NCBI GenBank assembly: GCA_021730905.1
Contig: JAKFYK010000025.1
Coordinates: 81,377 to 145,376, forward strand
Source: Betaproteobacteria bacterium
Lineage (GTDB): Bacteria > Pseudomonadota > Gammaproteobacteria > Burkholderiales > SG8-41
Direction: 5' to 3'
Length of the DNA: 64,000 nt
Of the stretch, positions 1 through 11,712 are shown piece after piece (position 1 is the first letter of the stretch; every line of letters begins with the position of its first letter). Below the pieces are notes generated by a model. The model saw only the letters and a list, made by a program, of their open reading frames with translations. It had not been told where the DNA came from and made no database searches. Both the position numbers and the translations under genes were made by a program.

Positions 1-1305
1 CGCGGACATCTGATCGGCGAGTGGTCAACACTGGTGAACCCGGGTATGAGCATTCCGCCGGCGATACAGGCACTGACGGGGATCAACAACAACATGGTGG
101 CGCTGGCACCCTCATTTGCGGAAATCCAGCGCGAACTGCTGCAACGGCTGGAAGGCAGACTGTTCATCGCGCATAACGCGCGATTTGACTACGGTTTTCT
201 CAAAAACGAATTCCGGCGCTGCGGTGTCAGCTTCAACGCGCGTGTGCTGTGTACGGTAAAGCTCTCGCGCAAACTGTACCCGCAACATGCGCGCCACAAC
301 CTCGACACGCTGCTCGAGCGCCACGGCCTCGACTGCGAGGCGCGCCATCGCGCGCTGGGGGATGCCAGGGTGTTGTGGCTGCTCGCTCAAAAATGGACGG
401 AAGAGCGCGGGTCAACGCTGGTGCAGACAGCAGTCGATGTCCTGATAAAAACGCAAAGCGTGCCGGCGGGCCTGCCCGATCTCGCCTTCGACAATATCCC
501 GGAAACGCCGGGCGTTTACCTTTTTTATGGAGATAACAATGTGGTGCTGTATGTCGGCAAAAGCATCAATATGCGATCGCGCGTGATGTCACATTTTTCG
601 GGAGACCATCGCGTCAACAAGGACATGCGGATCGCGCAACAGATCAAACGCATCGACTGGAAGCAGACCGCCGGCGAGCTGGGTGCGCTGCTGCTGGAAT
701 CGCGGCTGGTAAAACAACTCGCACCGGTGCACAACCGACAACTGCGCCGCAATTCACAGTTGTGCGCGTGGCATTGGCATGATGAGGATATCGGGAATCC
801 GCCGCGGCTCGCGACGGCAGCAGACATCGACCTTGCGCATTTCGGCGAACTATACGGCCTGTTCCGCTCGCGCGCCGCTGCGATCGAAGCGCTGCGCGAC
901 ATCGCCGCCTCCCATGGACTGTGCAATATTCTGCTGGGCATCGAGAAGCGCGAGGGGCCGTGCTTCGCGCATCAGATCAAGCGCTGCCGCGGCGCCTGCG
1001 TCGGGCTGGAATCGCCTGCGCAGCATGCACTGCGCCTGAAACAAGCGCTGCGCTCCCTGCGCACGCTGCCGTGGCCGTACAAGGGACGCATCGGCGTGCG
1101 CGAAAACACGCCCGACGGCGAGAACACTGATCTGCATGTGCTGGATCGCTGGTGTTATCTGGGTACCGTGCGCAGCGAAGCCGAATTGCACGATCTTGCC
1201 GAGAACCGCGCTGCGCCGGTCTTCGACGTAGACACCTACAAGATACTCAAACGGTTTCTGGCCAAGCCGCCGCGCGGCACGGAAATCGTGCGGCTGGCGG
1301 CCTGA
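1..1305 (+). CDS. DnaQ-type 3'-5' exonuclease domain fused to a GIY-YIG (UvrC-N/Cho-like) nuclease domain; 5' end outside window
   Basis: Frame 1 is open from base 1 (RGHLIGEWSTLVNPGMSIPP...). Exonuclease motifs FIAHNARFDYGFL and HRALGDARV are present, followed by the GIY-YIG core PGVYLFYGDNNVVLYVGKSINMRSRV. Confidence 0.8.
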   Translation, partial: RGHLIGEWSTLVNPGMSIPPAIQALTGINNNMVALAPSFAEIQRELLQRLEGRLFIAHNARFDYGFLKNEFRRCGVSFNARVLCTVKLSRKLYPQHARHNLDTLLERHGLDCEARHRALGDARVLWLLAQKWTEERGSTLVQTAVDVLIKTQSVPAGLPDLAFDNIPETPGVYLFYGDNNVVLYVGKSINMRSRVMSHFSGDHRVNKDMRIAQQIKRIDWKQTAGELGALLLESRLVKQLAPVHNRQLRRNSQLCAWHWHDEDIGNPPRLATAADIDLAHFGELYGLFRSRAAAIEALRDIAASHGLCNILLGIEKREGPCFAHQIKRCRGACVGLESPAQHALRLKQALRSLRTLPWPYKGRIGVRENTPDGENTDLHVLDRWCYLGTVRSEAELHDLAENRAAPVFDVDTYKILKRFLAKPPRGTEIVRLAA

Positions 1306-1326
1306 TTCATCAGTGATGGGACAGCG

Positions 1327-2004
1327 CTACTGCAGGTTGGGTCCCGACAAGGCGTCGGCTACTGCTGCCGCACGACGGTCGATAAAAGCGTGCATGCTGA
1401 AAAACCATGGCTCCAGCGTCAGCAGACGCGGGGCAGCTCGCACGCGCAGCGCGGCAAACGCCGCCTGACCGTCCCGCAAAGTCAATTCCCCGCTGATGTT
1501 CCTGATGACGGCTTCTCCCGCGTAGGTCTTGCCATAGGATCCTGCGGCAGCATCGCCGACCGGCGTGAACTGTGGCGCGACATGGGTGACATCGTGGTCT
1601 GTCCCGCGCATTTCCACGGTCACCTCAGGCGTGCGCACCCGGTAGCCGGTGTTTTTTCCTTTGGCAATAGCGCCGGTTAAAACGCGCAGTGACCCGCGCG
1701 TCAGTGCAAGCAACGCCTGATTCTGCGGCGCATCGCCGCTGTCCGTAAAACGGTAAGTCTCGATGCGCATTTCCGTGGACGGACGCACCGTGATCTTTGC
1801 GCCGTCGAGCAGGGACAATACCGCCCACGACTTCTCTCCCGTGCGCACGGTGTCACCTTCTTCAAGGTCGAGACCGTAACGCAAGCCGCACTCCTGCTTG
1901 CCTGAAATGACGTTTACCTGCCCCTCCACGGTAAGCACGATGCCCACCTGGGCGCTCGCCGGCAACGCCACAAGTCCCGCAAACATCGCCAGCAACAATT
2001 TCAT
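1327..2004 (-). CDS. secreted FecR-domain protein (chromosomal paralogue of the island gene 24785-25915)
   Basis: Start chosen at MKLLLAMFAGLVALPASA (signal peptide). FecR-like core EEGDTVRTGEKSWAVLSLLDGAKITVRPSTEMRIETYRF...MRGTDHDV aligns along its length with the 24785-25915 product. Confidence 0.7.
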   Translation of the reverse strand: MKLLLAMFAGLVALPASAQVGIVLTVEGQVNVISGKQECGLRYGLDLEEGDTVRTGEKSWAVLSLLDGAKITVRPSTEMRIETYRFTDSGDAPQNQALLALTRGSLRVLTGAIAKGKNTGYRVRTPEVTVEMRGTDHDVTHVAPQFTPVGDAAAGSYGKTYAGEAVIRNISGELTLRDGQAAFAALRVRAAPRLLTLEPWFFSMHAFIDRRAAAVADALSGPNLQ

Positions 2005-2137
2005 CAGCCAAACTGTTCGCATCAGGTAATGATAGCGCGCTTTGATATCCCCCGTACCTTCGGTTCGCCATCGGGCCTTGCGCATGCGCGGCATCACGGT
2101 AAACTGACGCCGAACAAGCGTTCAATAGGAGAGGTTC

Positions 2138-3103
2138 ATGCTGCACGCCATCCGCGCATTTTTGTTATTGGCCGGGCTCGCCTGCGTGGCGACGGCCCAT
2201 GCGCAAAACTATCCCGCCAAACCGCTACGCTTCATCATTCCGTTTCCGCCTGGCGGGCCGACTGACTTGATGGGTCGCACTGCCGCGGACCGTCTCGCCA
2301 AGGCCTGGAACGTACAGGTCGTCGCCGACAACCGTGCCGGCGCAGGCGGCAACATCGGCACCGAACTGTGCGCGAAGTCGCCGCCCGATGGTTACACCAT
2401 CTGCATGATGACAGTGGCGCAGACAATTTCGCCGGCGGTCTACAAAAAACTGGGCTTCGACCCGATAAAGGATTTCAGCCACATCACGTTGATGGCCATG
2501 CTGCCGAGCATGCTCACCACGCATCCGACACTACCGGTGAAAACGGTGAAAGACGTGGTCGCGCTGGCAAAAAACAGTCCCGGCCAGTTGACGTACGCCT
2601 CCACCGGCAACGGCACCAGCCCGCACATGCTGATGGAGATGTTCAGCGCGATGAGCGGCGTAAAAATGGTGCATGTGCCGTACAAGGGTCAGGCGCCGGC
2701 AGTGATCGATCAGATCGCCGGACAAATACAACTCGCATTCAACACTGCGGCTACGGTGCTGCCTTACGTGCAGGCCGGCAAGTTAAAACCGATCGCGATT
2801 TCGACGCGCGAGCGTTTCCCGCCGATGCCCAATCTGTCGACGGTGGAAGAAGGCGGCATCAAAGGCTTCGACGCCAGTTCGTGGCAGTCGGTGGTAATGC
2901 CCGCGAACACGCCGCGCGAGATCGTCGCCAAGGTCTATCAGGAGCTTTCGGCCATGTTGAAGTCGCAGGAGGTGCGTGACCGGTTTCTGGCACAGGGCGC
3001 GCTCGCCTCCGGCATGCCACCCGAAGATTTCGTGGGCTTTGTGAAACGCGAAATGGACAAGTGGGCAAAGGTTGCAAAATTTGCCAATATACGACTCGAC
3101 TGA
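2138..3103 (+). CDS. Bug/TctC-family tripartite tricarboxylate transporter substrate-binding protein
   Basis: Signal peptide then YPAKPLRFIIPFPPGGPTDLMGR, ADNRAGAGGNIG and VHVPYKGQAPA, typical Bug-family motifs. RBS GGAGAGG lies upstream. Confidence 0.9.
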   Translation: MLHAIRAFLLLAGLACVATAHAQNYPAKPLRFIIPFPPGGPTDLMGRTAADRLAKAWNVQVVADNRAGAGGNIGTELCAKSPPDGYTICMMTVAQTISPAVYKKLGFDPIKDFSHITLMAMLPSMLTTHPTLPVKTVKDVVALAKNSPGQLTYASTGNGTSPHMLMEMFSAMSGVKMVHVPYKGQAPAVIDQIAGQIQLAFNTAATVLPYVQAGKLKPIAISTRERFPPMPNLSTVEEGGIKGFDASSWQSVVMPANTPREIVAKVYQELSAMLKSQEVRDRFLAQGALASGMPPEDFVGFVKREMDKWAKVAKFANIRLD

Positions 3104-3668
3104 AGCTGCGGCGCTGGCGCAGGGCACCGGTTTTCGGGCGCGGCGCACGGGAACCGGGATCGCGCTGGAATTTCCCGTGCTGCGCGCGCCCGGCGTAGCG
3201 TTAGGCCTTGCCGCCTTTGCGCTGCTGTGTGGTTTGATGCCTGCGTTGGGATTGTCGGCGCTGCTGCCGCTGGAAAGTGCCAATGCATCGGCAATGTTGT
3301 CGCTGGCGCTGATCGGCGGATTTGCCGCGCCATTCATGCTCGCAAGCGTTGTTTTCGCGGTACTCGCGATTTATCTACTCGCGAATTCGTTGCGTGTCGA
3401 CATCGACGCCGACGGCATACGCACCGAGCGGTGCATCTTTGGACGCATCACCAGCCTGCGCCAAATCGCACGCGAAGACATCACGGAAGTGGAACCGCGC
3501 ATCGGCGCGCGTTATCAAAATGTTTTCAGTGCCACGCCACGTTATGCGCTGATTGCCCGCCATCGCGAACAACGCAGCAAAGATGTCGTGGTCGCCGAAG
3601 ATCTCGTCGGGCAACCGCTGATGATAGAAGTTCGCGCACTGATTCGTACTGCATTATGTATTAAATAA
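3072..3668 (+). CDS. hypothetical membrane protein
   Basis: ORF with two or three hydrophobic helices (LGLAAFALLCGLMPALGL, FAAPFMLASVVFAVLAIYLLA). No recognisable family; start uncertain because it overlaps the upstream gene end. Confidence 0.4.
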   Translation: MQNLPIYDSTEAAALAQGTGFRARRTGTGIALEFPVLRAPGVALGLAAFALLCGLMPALGLSALLPLESANASAMLSLALIGGFAAPFMLASVVFAVLAIYLLANSLRVDIDADGIRTERCIFGRITSLRQIAREDITEVEPRIGARYQNVFSATPRYALIARHREQRSKDVVVAEDLVGQPLMIEVRALIRTALCIK

Positions 3669-3673
3669 TCATT

Positions 3674-3689
3674 TAAAAACATATAGTTA
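3674..3689 (+). repeat. 16-nt AT-rich box, copy 1 (TAAAAACATATAGTTA)
   Basis: Exact 16-mer, also present as reverse complement at 41790-41805. Ends 4 nt before the ATG at 3694. Confidence 0.85.
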
Positions 3690-3693
3690 TATT

Positions 3694-4443
3694 ATGGCTA
3701 TCGAATCTGACGAAACCCGCGCGCGCATCGATCTCACGGCGGCATTGCGCAGCGCGTCGCGCATGGGTTTGGGCGAAGGCATCTGCAATCATTTCAGTCT
3801 CGCGCTGCCCGCCAAGCCAAACACGCCGAGACATTTTCTGATCAACCCGCAGGGCTTGCACTGGTCGGAAATCACCCCGGCGGATCTGGTCATCGTCGAC
3901 GCGCAGGGACGCAAAGTGTCCGGCAGGCACAGCGTGGAGCCGACAGCGTTTTTCATCCACAGCGCGATTCATCGAGGCAACGCCAATGCCACCTGCGTGA
4001 TGCACACGCATATGCCCCACGCAACAGCGCTCACCGCAGTACAGGGCGGAAAGCTGGAATGGGCGAGCCAGGTTGCACTCAAGTTTTATAATCGCATCGC
4101 CTACGACGAAAACTATCAGGGCCTCGCACTCGACCACGCCGAAGGCGAGCGCATGTGCCGTGAAATGGGTAGCGCCGACGTACTGTTCCTCGGCAATCAC
4201 GGCATCATCGTGTGCGGACCAACGGTGTCAGCGACATTTGACGACCTGTATTACCTCGAACGCGCGTGCATGCTGCAAGTGCTGGCAATGGGCACCGGCA
4301 AGCCATTGCGCATCGTGCCGGAAGCTATCGCAGCCAAAACCGCCCGTCAGATGAACGAAGAGAGCCAACAGGCAATGCTGCACCTCGAGGCACTGAAACG
4401 ACTGCTGGATCGCGACGAGCCGGGCTGGTCGCGGCTCGACTGA
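3694..4443 (+). CDS. class II aldolase/adducin-family protein
   Basis: ICNHFSLALP, FFIHSAIHRG...CVMHTHMPHATAL and LFLGNHGIIVCG match the class II aldolase His-cluster pattern. Confidence 0.85.
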   Translation: MAIESDETRARIDLTAALRSASRMGLGEGICNHFSLALPAKPNTPRHFLINPQGLHWSEITPADLVIVDAQGRKVSGRHSVEPTAFFIHSAIHRGNANATCVMHTHMPHATALTAVQGGKLEWASQVALKFYNRIAYDENYQGLALDHAEGERMCREMGSADVLFLGNHGIIVCGPTVSATFDDLYYLERACMLQVLAMGTGKPLRIVPEAIAAKTARQMNEESQQAMLHLEALKRLLDRDEPGWSRLD

Positions 4444-4460
4444 CTCACGGAGAGAAAATC

Positions 4461-5036
4461 ATGCCCGTCGATACCGAAGCCTTGCGCGCCGCCATCAGCA
4501 ATAAGGCGCCGCCGTTCGACCTGCGAAAAATCGGCCATGTGGTGCTGATGGTGGCCGATCTCAAACGATCGGTGGCGTTTTACACCGGCGTGCTCGGCTT
4601 CAAGGTCTCCGACATCTACGGCGACGACATGATGCCCGGCGGCATGGTGTTCATGCGCTGTAACCCCGATCACCATGGCATTGCGCTGGTCGGCGGCGCG
4701 CCGGGGCCCTCGCAGAAACGCGAACTGCATCACATGGCATTCGAAGTCGGCTCGCTCGACGAGGTTTTCCGCGCGCGCAAGCATCTGCGCGAGTGCGGCG
4801 CGACCATTATTTTTGACGGGCGCCGCCGCGCCGGCGTGCAGATCGCAGTGGAATTTCTCGATCCCGACGGCCACAACCTCGAAATCTACTGGGGGCTCGA
4901 TCAGGTCGGAAGCGACGGCGTCGCGCGTCCGAAAGAACAATGGCGCGGCGCGAAATCACTGGAAGAAGCCGTCGCGAATCCACCACCGGGGCAAACGCCG
5001 CTGTTGCGCGATGCCTCGTTGCTGGAACAAAAGTAG
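4461..5036 (+). CDS. VOC-family (glyoxalase/extradiol dioxygenase-like) protein
   Basis: Start at ATG 4461 after GGAGAG. IGHVVLMVADLKRSVAFYTGVLGFKVSD and LHHMAFEV...GRRRAGVQIAVEFLDPDGHNLEIYW show the VOC fold signature. Confidence 0.8.
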   Translation: MPVDTEALRAAISNKAPPFDLRKIGHVVLMVADLKRSVAFYTGVLGFKVSDIYGDDMMPGGMVFMRCNPDHHGIALVGGAPGPSQKRELHHMAFEVGSLDEVFRARKHLRECGATIIFDGRRRAGVQIAVEFLDPDGHNLEIYWGLDQVGSDGVARPKEQWRGAKSLEEAVANPPPGQTPLLRDASLLEQK

Positions 5037-5050
5037 CACGCAACCCGCGC

Positions 5051-5070
5051 GCGCCGCGCTTCAGCGGCGC
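5051..5070. terminator. GC hairpin between convergent genes
   Basis: GCGCCGC-GCTTCA-GCGGCGC, a 7-bp stem between the 5036 and 5074 gene ends. No clear U-run. Confidence 0.4.
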
Positions 5071-5073
5071 ACT

Positions 5074-5307
5074 TTAGTGCAGTACCAGCGGTTGCCCCAT
5101 CAGCACATCGAAGTTGCCCAGAAACTCGTCGATGTTTTCGGGCGAAGCGTCTTCGGCGATTACGCCGTTGATGGACTGGGCGAACTTCTGCGCCACATCG
5201 CCGTGAAAGAAGGTGCTGCGGCGGCCGTGCTTGTCCACCAGCTCGAAACCGCGCTGGTCGGCATACTCGACCACGTAGTAATTGTCGCTGTTATAGACCA
5301 CGTTCAT
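5074..5307 (-). CDS. small DUF3567-like protein
   Basis: Start at MNVVYNSDNYYVVEY preceded by GGAGGTGG. This N-terminus is how I recall the DUF3567 family. Confidence 0.6.
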   Translation of the reverse strand: MNVVYNSDNYYVVEYADQRGFELVDKHGRRSTFFHGDVAQKFAQSINGVIAEDASPENIDEFLGNFDVLMGQPLVLH

Positions 5308-5472
5308 AAGCCACCTCCTTCTAACGTCAATTAAGCCCTCCAATTCCTGTAACGCACCAGCCAGTAATTCGGTTACGGCTCGCCGGCCAACCATCCTTAA
5401 TCACCACACGCTGCACAGGGATAATGGTCGGCGCAAGGCTATAAATCTGATTTCGGGGTGATAACCTAGTTT

Positions 5473-6369
5473 TCAAGTCCCGCGCCGCCATTGCGACACT
5501 GCAATCCCGAGCAAAATCAGTGCCAGAGCAACATAGGCGTGCAAACCCGGTGTTTCACCGAGCAGCGCCACGCCCAGAAACACCGCCACTGCCGGGCTCA
5601 TGTAGTTGACCAGCGACATGAAGGTTGGCCCGGCCGACGCGATCAGTTTGAAATACACCACTGTGGCAATGGCCGTCGGCCCCACGCCGAGCCACACAAT
5701 CGCCCAAAATGATGCAGCGCTGGCCTGGATCTTCCACGGCTGGTCCACCATCAGCGCCACCGGCAGCGCGATCACGCTGGCAATCAACAACATCGCTGTG
5801 GACGCCACCAGCACGTCGTCGCCACGCGCAAGGATGCGCGTCAGCACGCTGTTGCCGGCGTAGCACAACGCTCCAAACAAAATTGCCAGTTGCGACAATG
5901 TCGCCAGCGACTGACTGCTGATTTTATCGAGCGCCGACGGTCCCATCAACACGATGATGCCCGCGAAGCCGAGGATGAATCCGAGCACACGGTTGCGCGT
6001 CATGTGCTCGCCTTTGACGAAAAAATGCGCGAGCACCATGGTGGCCAGCGGCATCACCGCCATCAGAATGCCAGCGAGCGCGCTGTCGGTGCGTTGCTGG
6101 CCCCAGGTGATCGACGTGAACGGGATACAGTTACCGAGCAGCGCGAGGATGGTGTAGTAGCCCCACACCTTCCCGAACGGCGGCAGTCGCGCGCCGCGCA
6201 GATACACCACTACCAGCAGTATCAGCGCGCCGAGTATCAGCCGCGCCGCCACCAACGTGGAAGTCGGCACCGTCGCGACGCCGAGCTTGATGAACATGAA
6301 CGACGAGCCCCACATCGCCACCAGCGCGGCGAGCAGCAGCCAATCAAGCACGCTGTGGCGTGGCGTCAC
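5473..6369 (-). CDS. EamA/DMT-family transporter
   Basis: About 10 hydrophobic helices in two halves; WGSSFMFIKLGV and GPTFMSLVNYMSPAVAVFLG are typical EamA repeats. Confidence 0.85.
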   Translation of the reverse strand: MTPRHSVLDWLLLAALVAMWGSSFMFIKLGVATVPTSTLVAARLILGALILLVVVYLRGARLPPFGKVWGYYTILALLGNCIPFTSITWGQQRTDSALAGILMAVMPLATMVLAHFFVKGEHMTRNRVLGFILGFAGIIVLMGPSALDKISSQSLATLSQLAILFGALCYAGNSVLTRILARGDDVLVASTAMLLIASVIALPVALMVDQPWKIQASAASFWAIVWLGVGPTAIATVVYFKLIASAGPTFMSLVNYMSPAVAVFLGVALLGETPGLHAYVALALILLGIAVSQWRRGT

Positions 6370-6507
6370 GCGCGAGCCGTCGCCGCGAACACCCGCATGG
6401 CGCGGGGCCGGTGTTCGCGATCACCAATCGATCTACAATTTATTTTGCGTTGCGCGCTTTTCATTCCGCGTTATGCTTGCGTGACGATTCGATGGCGAGA
6501 ATACCTG

Positions 6508-7188
6508 ATGAGCCGAAATTATAGTAACTATTTGTTTTTATTGTATTTTTTGTATTCGCTCTCCTGGCAATCTGCTGTCGCGCAATCCACGGCACCGCGC
6601 TTTGCGCCGGTGCCGCCACCGGCGCCGGGACGCAGCGCAACGCCTGCAAAAGAAATCCCCGGTTCCGAACTGCTCGCTGAATTAAAGCGCGGCGGTTACA
6701 CCCTGTTTTTTCGCCACACTTCAACAGACTTCAGCCGCGACGACGTCAGATCGCGCAGCGACGATGATTGCGAAAACCAGCGCCCGCTTACCGACAAAGG
6801 CCGCGACGAAGCACGTCGCATCGGTCAGGACATGCGTGCGCTCGGCATTCCCATCGGCGAGGTGCTGGCCAGCCCGCGCTGCCGCACGGTTGAAGTCGCC
6901 AAGCTCGCCTTCGGCAATTACAAAATGGCGGAAGCAGCACGCGGCGGCGCAATCACGGCGCAGCCTGCGGAACGTTACAGCGGTCTGCGCGCGCTGTTCG
7001 ACAAAGGCCCCGGCGTGGGAAGAAATACCATCATCGTCAGTCACGGCAATCCGTTCTATGCAACCGCCGGCGCGCCCTATCTCGCGGAGGGCGAAGCCGC
7101 TGTTATCAAACCACTGGATAACGATTTCGAAGTGATTGCGCGCGTGCGCTGGGATGGATGGCAAACCTTGGCGGGTGTGAACCGGTGA
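6508..7188 (+). CDS. secreted histidine phosphatase-family protein
   Basis: GGYTLFFRHTSTDFSRDD (RH catalytic motif) and IIVSHGNPF. Start is either ATG 6508 or TTG 6532. The long upstream part of ORF 5890-7188 is antisense to the EamA gene and is ignored. Confidence 0.7.
   Translation: MSRNYSNYLFLLYFLYSLSWQSAVAQSTAPRFAPVPPPAPGRSATPAKEIPGSELLAELKRGGYTLFFRHTSTDFSRDDVRSRSDDDCENQRPLTDKGRDEARRIGQDMRALGIPIGEVLASPRCRTVEVAKLAFGNYKMAEAARGGAITAQPAERYSGLRALFDKGPGVGRNTIIVSHGNPFYATAGAPYLAEGEAAVIKPLDNDFEVIARVRWDGWQTLAGVNR
6525..6540 (-). repeat. 16-nt AT-rich box, copy 2 (TAAAAACAAATAGTTA on minus)
   Basis: Plus strand reads TAACTATTTGTTTTTA. It lies at the 5' end of the 6508-7188 gene, with a TTG at the same box position as the ATG in copy 41790-41805. 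Confidence 0.8.
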
Positions 7189-7218
7189 TACGCAACATCA
7201 TCCATCGTTCAAAACCGT

Positions 7219-8202
7219 CTATTCAACCGTCATGCCTGTGGCGGCAACCACCTTTGCCCATTTTTCCACTTCATTCTTTACAAATACCGTGAAGGCTTCA
7301 GTAGCCAGCGGCGACGGTTCCGCCCCCTGCGCATTGAGCCGGTCACGCACCTCGGGCAAGCGCATGATGCGCATTATTTCTCCGTTCAGTTTTTCCACCA
7401 CGGCGCGCGGCGTGCCCGTGGGCGCAAACACACCCAGCCAGTTGAGCATCTCGTAGCCCGGGACGCCGCTTTCCGCGATGGTCGGCAAATCCGGCAACGT
7501 TGCCGAGCGCTGGCCGCCGGTGACAGCCAGTCCGCGCAACCGTCCGCTCTTGGTGTGCGGGGAAACCGACGCCGCAGTGCCAAACGTCACCGGCACCTGC
7601 CCGGCAACCACGTCGACGATCATCGGTCCGCCGCCTTTGTACGGCACATGTATAAACTTAACCTGCGCCAGATGCTCAAACAGCGCCGCTGCAAGATGTG
7701 TCGAAGTGCCCGAACCAGCAGACGCATACATGATCTGCCCCGGACGCGCGCGGGAGAGGCCTATGAGTTCCTTCACGGAACGTGCGGGAAACGACGGATG
7801 CACGGCAAGTATGCTCGGCCCATCGGCCAGCCGCGTGACCGGCTGAAAATCGCGCAGCACGTTGTACGGCAGTTTGCGGTAAAGGCTCTGGTTAACGCCG
7901 TGCGTGCCGGCGCTGCCGACGACCAGCGTATGGCCGTCCGCTACGGCACGCGCCGCCAACTCTGTGCCAACGATGCCGCCGGCCCCGCCGCGATTGTCAA
8001 TCACCACCTGCTGTCCGAGGGCAGTACCCAGCGGGCCGGACATGACTCGCGCGCCAAGATCGACGAAACCGCCTGGGGGAAACGCCACGATCACGCGCAC
8101 GGGTTTTAGCGGATAGGTTTCTGCGGCCACGACATGTCCGGCGACAATAGCGCCTGACAATATCAGCGCATCTGCAATGATTCTCCTGATGTAAGTCTCC
8201 AC
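7219..8202 (-). CDS. Bug/TctC-family substrate-binding protein
   Basis: YPLKPVRVIVAFPPGGFVDLGAR, DNRGGAGGIVG and IHVPYKGGGPM. Confidence 0.9.
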   Translation of the reverse strand: METYIRRIIADALILSGAIVAGHVVAAETYPLKPVRVIVAFPPGGFVDLGARVMSGPLGTALGQQVVIDNRGGAGGIVGTELAARAVADGHTLVVGSAGTHGVNQSLYRKLPYNVLRDFQPVTRLADGPSILAVHPSFPARSVKELIGLSRARPGQIMYASAGSGTSTHLAAALFEHLAQVKFIHVPYKGGGPMIVDVVAGQVPVTFGTAASVSPHTKSGRLRGLAVTGGQRSATLPDLPTIAESGVPGYEMLNWLGVFAPTGTPRAVVEKLNGEIMRIMRLPEVRDRLNAQGAEPSPLATEAFTVFVKNEVEKWAKVVAATGMTVE

Positions 8203-8210
8203 TTGGATTC

Positions 8211-9566
8211 TTACAACGCAAAATCCAGCGCGCTGATATCCTTCACGTTCTCCGCATCAGCCAGCTGCGAAAACAGTCTTTCTGCTTTTGGACGCGCGCG
8301 ATGCGCCGTCAGCTTGAGAAATTTCTCCAGCAGTTCGCCGCGTGTCAGTGGCATCGTCGGCGTGCCTTTGAAATTGTCGCCTTCGGCGCTCACCGTCGTG
8401 CCGTTTTTCAGATGCAGCGTGACACGCGTCGCCATGCTCACTTGACTCACCGGGTTTTGCGCTGCGGGCATCGGTTCCAGCGTCGCGGATTTCGACAATG
8501 CACGGATGCGTGGATCGTTCACGTTCTTGTCGCAGAATACCCATGGATCGGTCGGATCGACGAACAACGCCAACGCGGTACTGAACGGCACACTGTATTG
8601 TGCCATCGCCAAATCAGCCGGTTCCGGAATATTGTGATGACTCAAACTTTTTTCATTGACCGCCAGCGCAATGCGCGCCACATCTGCGCCGGTAATACCG
8701 TGTTTTGCCTTGAGATCGAGTATCAATGACACCGGTACCTGTGCATTCGCGTGGCAGGCAAAACGTTTTAGCTTGACCTTCATGGTGTGCCACACCTTGC
8801 CCAGTTCTTTCTGCATGCGCTCCGGCTCCGCATCGCGGCAAAACGTGTTCAGCGAACCATATTTGCCCTCGAGCACTTCAGCAGGCCCAGTGTAGCCGTC
8901 GCGCGCCAATGCCGCCGCCAGAAAACCGCCCTCCGCCGCGCGCCCCAGGTGCAGCCGCTTCACCAGTCCGCCGCTGCGCGAAAATTCCATCAGTCCCGAA
9001 CTCATCGAGCCGGCGATGCCAAAGGCGTGGGCCATCTGTTCCGCGCTCTCGTTAAACAGCTTCGCCACCACTGCCGACACGCCATACACGCCCATCACGC
9101 CAGGCGCGTGAAATCCGAGCTTCTCCGGCGAGTGATGCGTCGCCTGCCCGATGCGGTAAAGAATCTCGAATCCCGCCACGAACGCCTCGATCAATTCGCG
9201 GCCGGATTTCTTGCGCCCCTGCGCTACCGCCAGGCCCGGCACGCCGAGCGCGGCGCTGGGATGCATACCCACACTGGGTTCGCACAAGGCATCCAGTTCG
9301 AAAGCGTGCGCCGCCGCACCATTGCACAAGCAGGCAAACGGCGCACGCACTTTGACGGACGTACCCAGCACATTGGATTCGCCCGGCGCGCTGTTCCTTT
9401 TGGCGTACTCGATCACGGTCTGCGTCCACGGCATCTGCGCGCCCAGCACGCAGGCCGCCACGGTATCGATCAGACAATCCTTGGCGCGCTCCACCACTTC
9501 CGCCGGAATCTGTTCGTATTTGAGATCGGTGGCATAGCGCGCAAGCGCCTGGCTGGCGGTAGTCAT
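8211..9566 (-). CDS. MmgE/PrpD-family protein (2-methylcitrate dehydratase-like)
   Basis: Start at MTTASQALARYATDLKYEQIP. CLIDTVAACVLGA, NGAAAHAFELD and HPSAA match MmgE/PrpD motifs. Lies 8 nt upstream of the Bug gene. Confidence 0.85.
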   Translation of the reverse strand: MTTASQALARYATDLKYEQIPAEVVERAKDCLIDTVAACVLGAQMPWTQTVIEYAKRNSAPGESNVLGTSVKVRAPFACLCNGAAAHAFELDALCEPSVGMHPSAALGVPGLAVAQGRKKSGRELIEAFVAGFEILYRIGQATHHSPEKLGFHAPGVMGVYGVSAVVAKLFNESAEQMAHAFGIAGSMSSGLMEFSRSGGLVKRLHLGRAAEGGFLAAALARDGYTGPAEVLEGKYGSLNTFCRDAEPERMQKELGKVWHTMKVKLKRFACHANAQVPVSLILDLKAKHGITGADVARIALAVNEKSLSHHNIPEPADLAMAQYSVPFSTALALFVDPTDPWVFCDKNVNDPRIRALSKSATLEPMPAAQNPVSQVSMATRVTLHLKNGTTVSAEGDNFKGTPTMPLTRGELLEKFLKLTAHRARPKAERLFSQLADAENVKDISALDFAL

Positions 9567-9631
9567 AGGGTTTCCCTTGAGGTTCAGCGCCGCCACGCTG
9601 ACGTACATTTCGGCGGCAGAGCGTATGTTAA

Positions 9632-11693
<2,062 letters not shown>

Positions 11694-11712
11694 GGGAGCT
11701 GCTACGTAACGC

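Noticed and set aside
5890-6507. 5' two-thirds of the 432-aa ORF 5890-7188
   Set aside because: It runs antisense to the well-supported EamA transporter gene and has an Arg/His/Glu-rich junk composition. Only the part from 6508 (or 6532) has phosphatase motifs.
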